A stretch of DNA of 63,652 nucleotides, filler included, from Octopus bimaculoides (lineage: Eukaryota), in the NCBI RefSeq assembly GCF_001194135.2. It is 6 parts of 6 records of this genome, joined end to end, with 100 filler letters (N's around TTAATTAATTAA, not from the genome) between each part and the next. Parts side by side here need not be neighbours in the genome. Positions count along the whole stretch, not along the records: positions 60,570 to 63,652 come from NC_068990.1; 5 more parts are not named here. One strand, given 5' to 3'. The position numbers and the translations under genes are program-made. The notes beneath the pieces were generated by a model, which worked only from the letters and a program-made list of their open reading frames with translations, did no database searches and was not told the origin of the DNA. Positions 63,631-63,652 of the stretch are shown one piece after another (positions within the stretch are counted from its first letter, which is position 1; every line of letters starts with the position of its first letter).

Positions 63631-63652
63631 GGAGGAGGAGGAGGAGGAGGAG
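63547..63652. repeat. (GAT)n then (GAG)n microsatellite
   Basis: Direct inspection; no open frame linking it to a gene is visible. Confidence 0.9.

Overview
AT-rich, microsatellite-dense animal genomic DNA. The SINE families and repeat landscape look like octopus (inference). The window is not one contiguous sequence: five identical 100-bp spacers (44 N + TTAATTAATTAA + 44 N) split it into six pieces. Host genes are limited to two fragments: one 686-bp internal exon of an IAP (BIR-domain) gene on the minus strand (15663-16348), and the last two coding exons of a LATS/Warts kinase on the plus strand (56815-56921, 60048-60428). The rest is mostly decayed mobile DNA: a Gypsy fragment with LTR, R4/Dong-, RTE-, CR1- and CRE-like LINE pieces, five mariner copies, a piggyBac-type MITE, several tRNA-derived SINE families and many Penelope-like elements (PLEs). 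The most interesting signal is a PLE-dense region at about 31.9-49.2 kb, where every recognisable PLE fragment is on the minus strand and is accompanied by at least six hammerhead-ribozyme-like motifs, also on the minus strand. Two of these motifs have intact catalytic cores, one of them with an unusually long stem II. Hammerheads in PLE termini are known in general; these copies were folded by eye and need computational and biochemical confirmation. No CRISPR arrays, rRNA or bona fide tRNA genes are supported.
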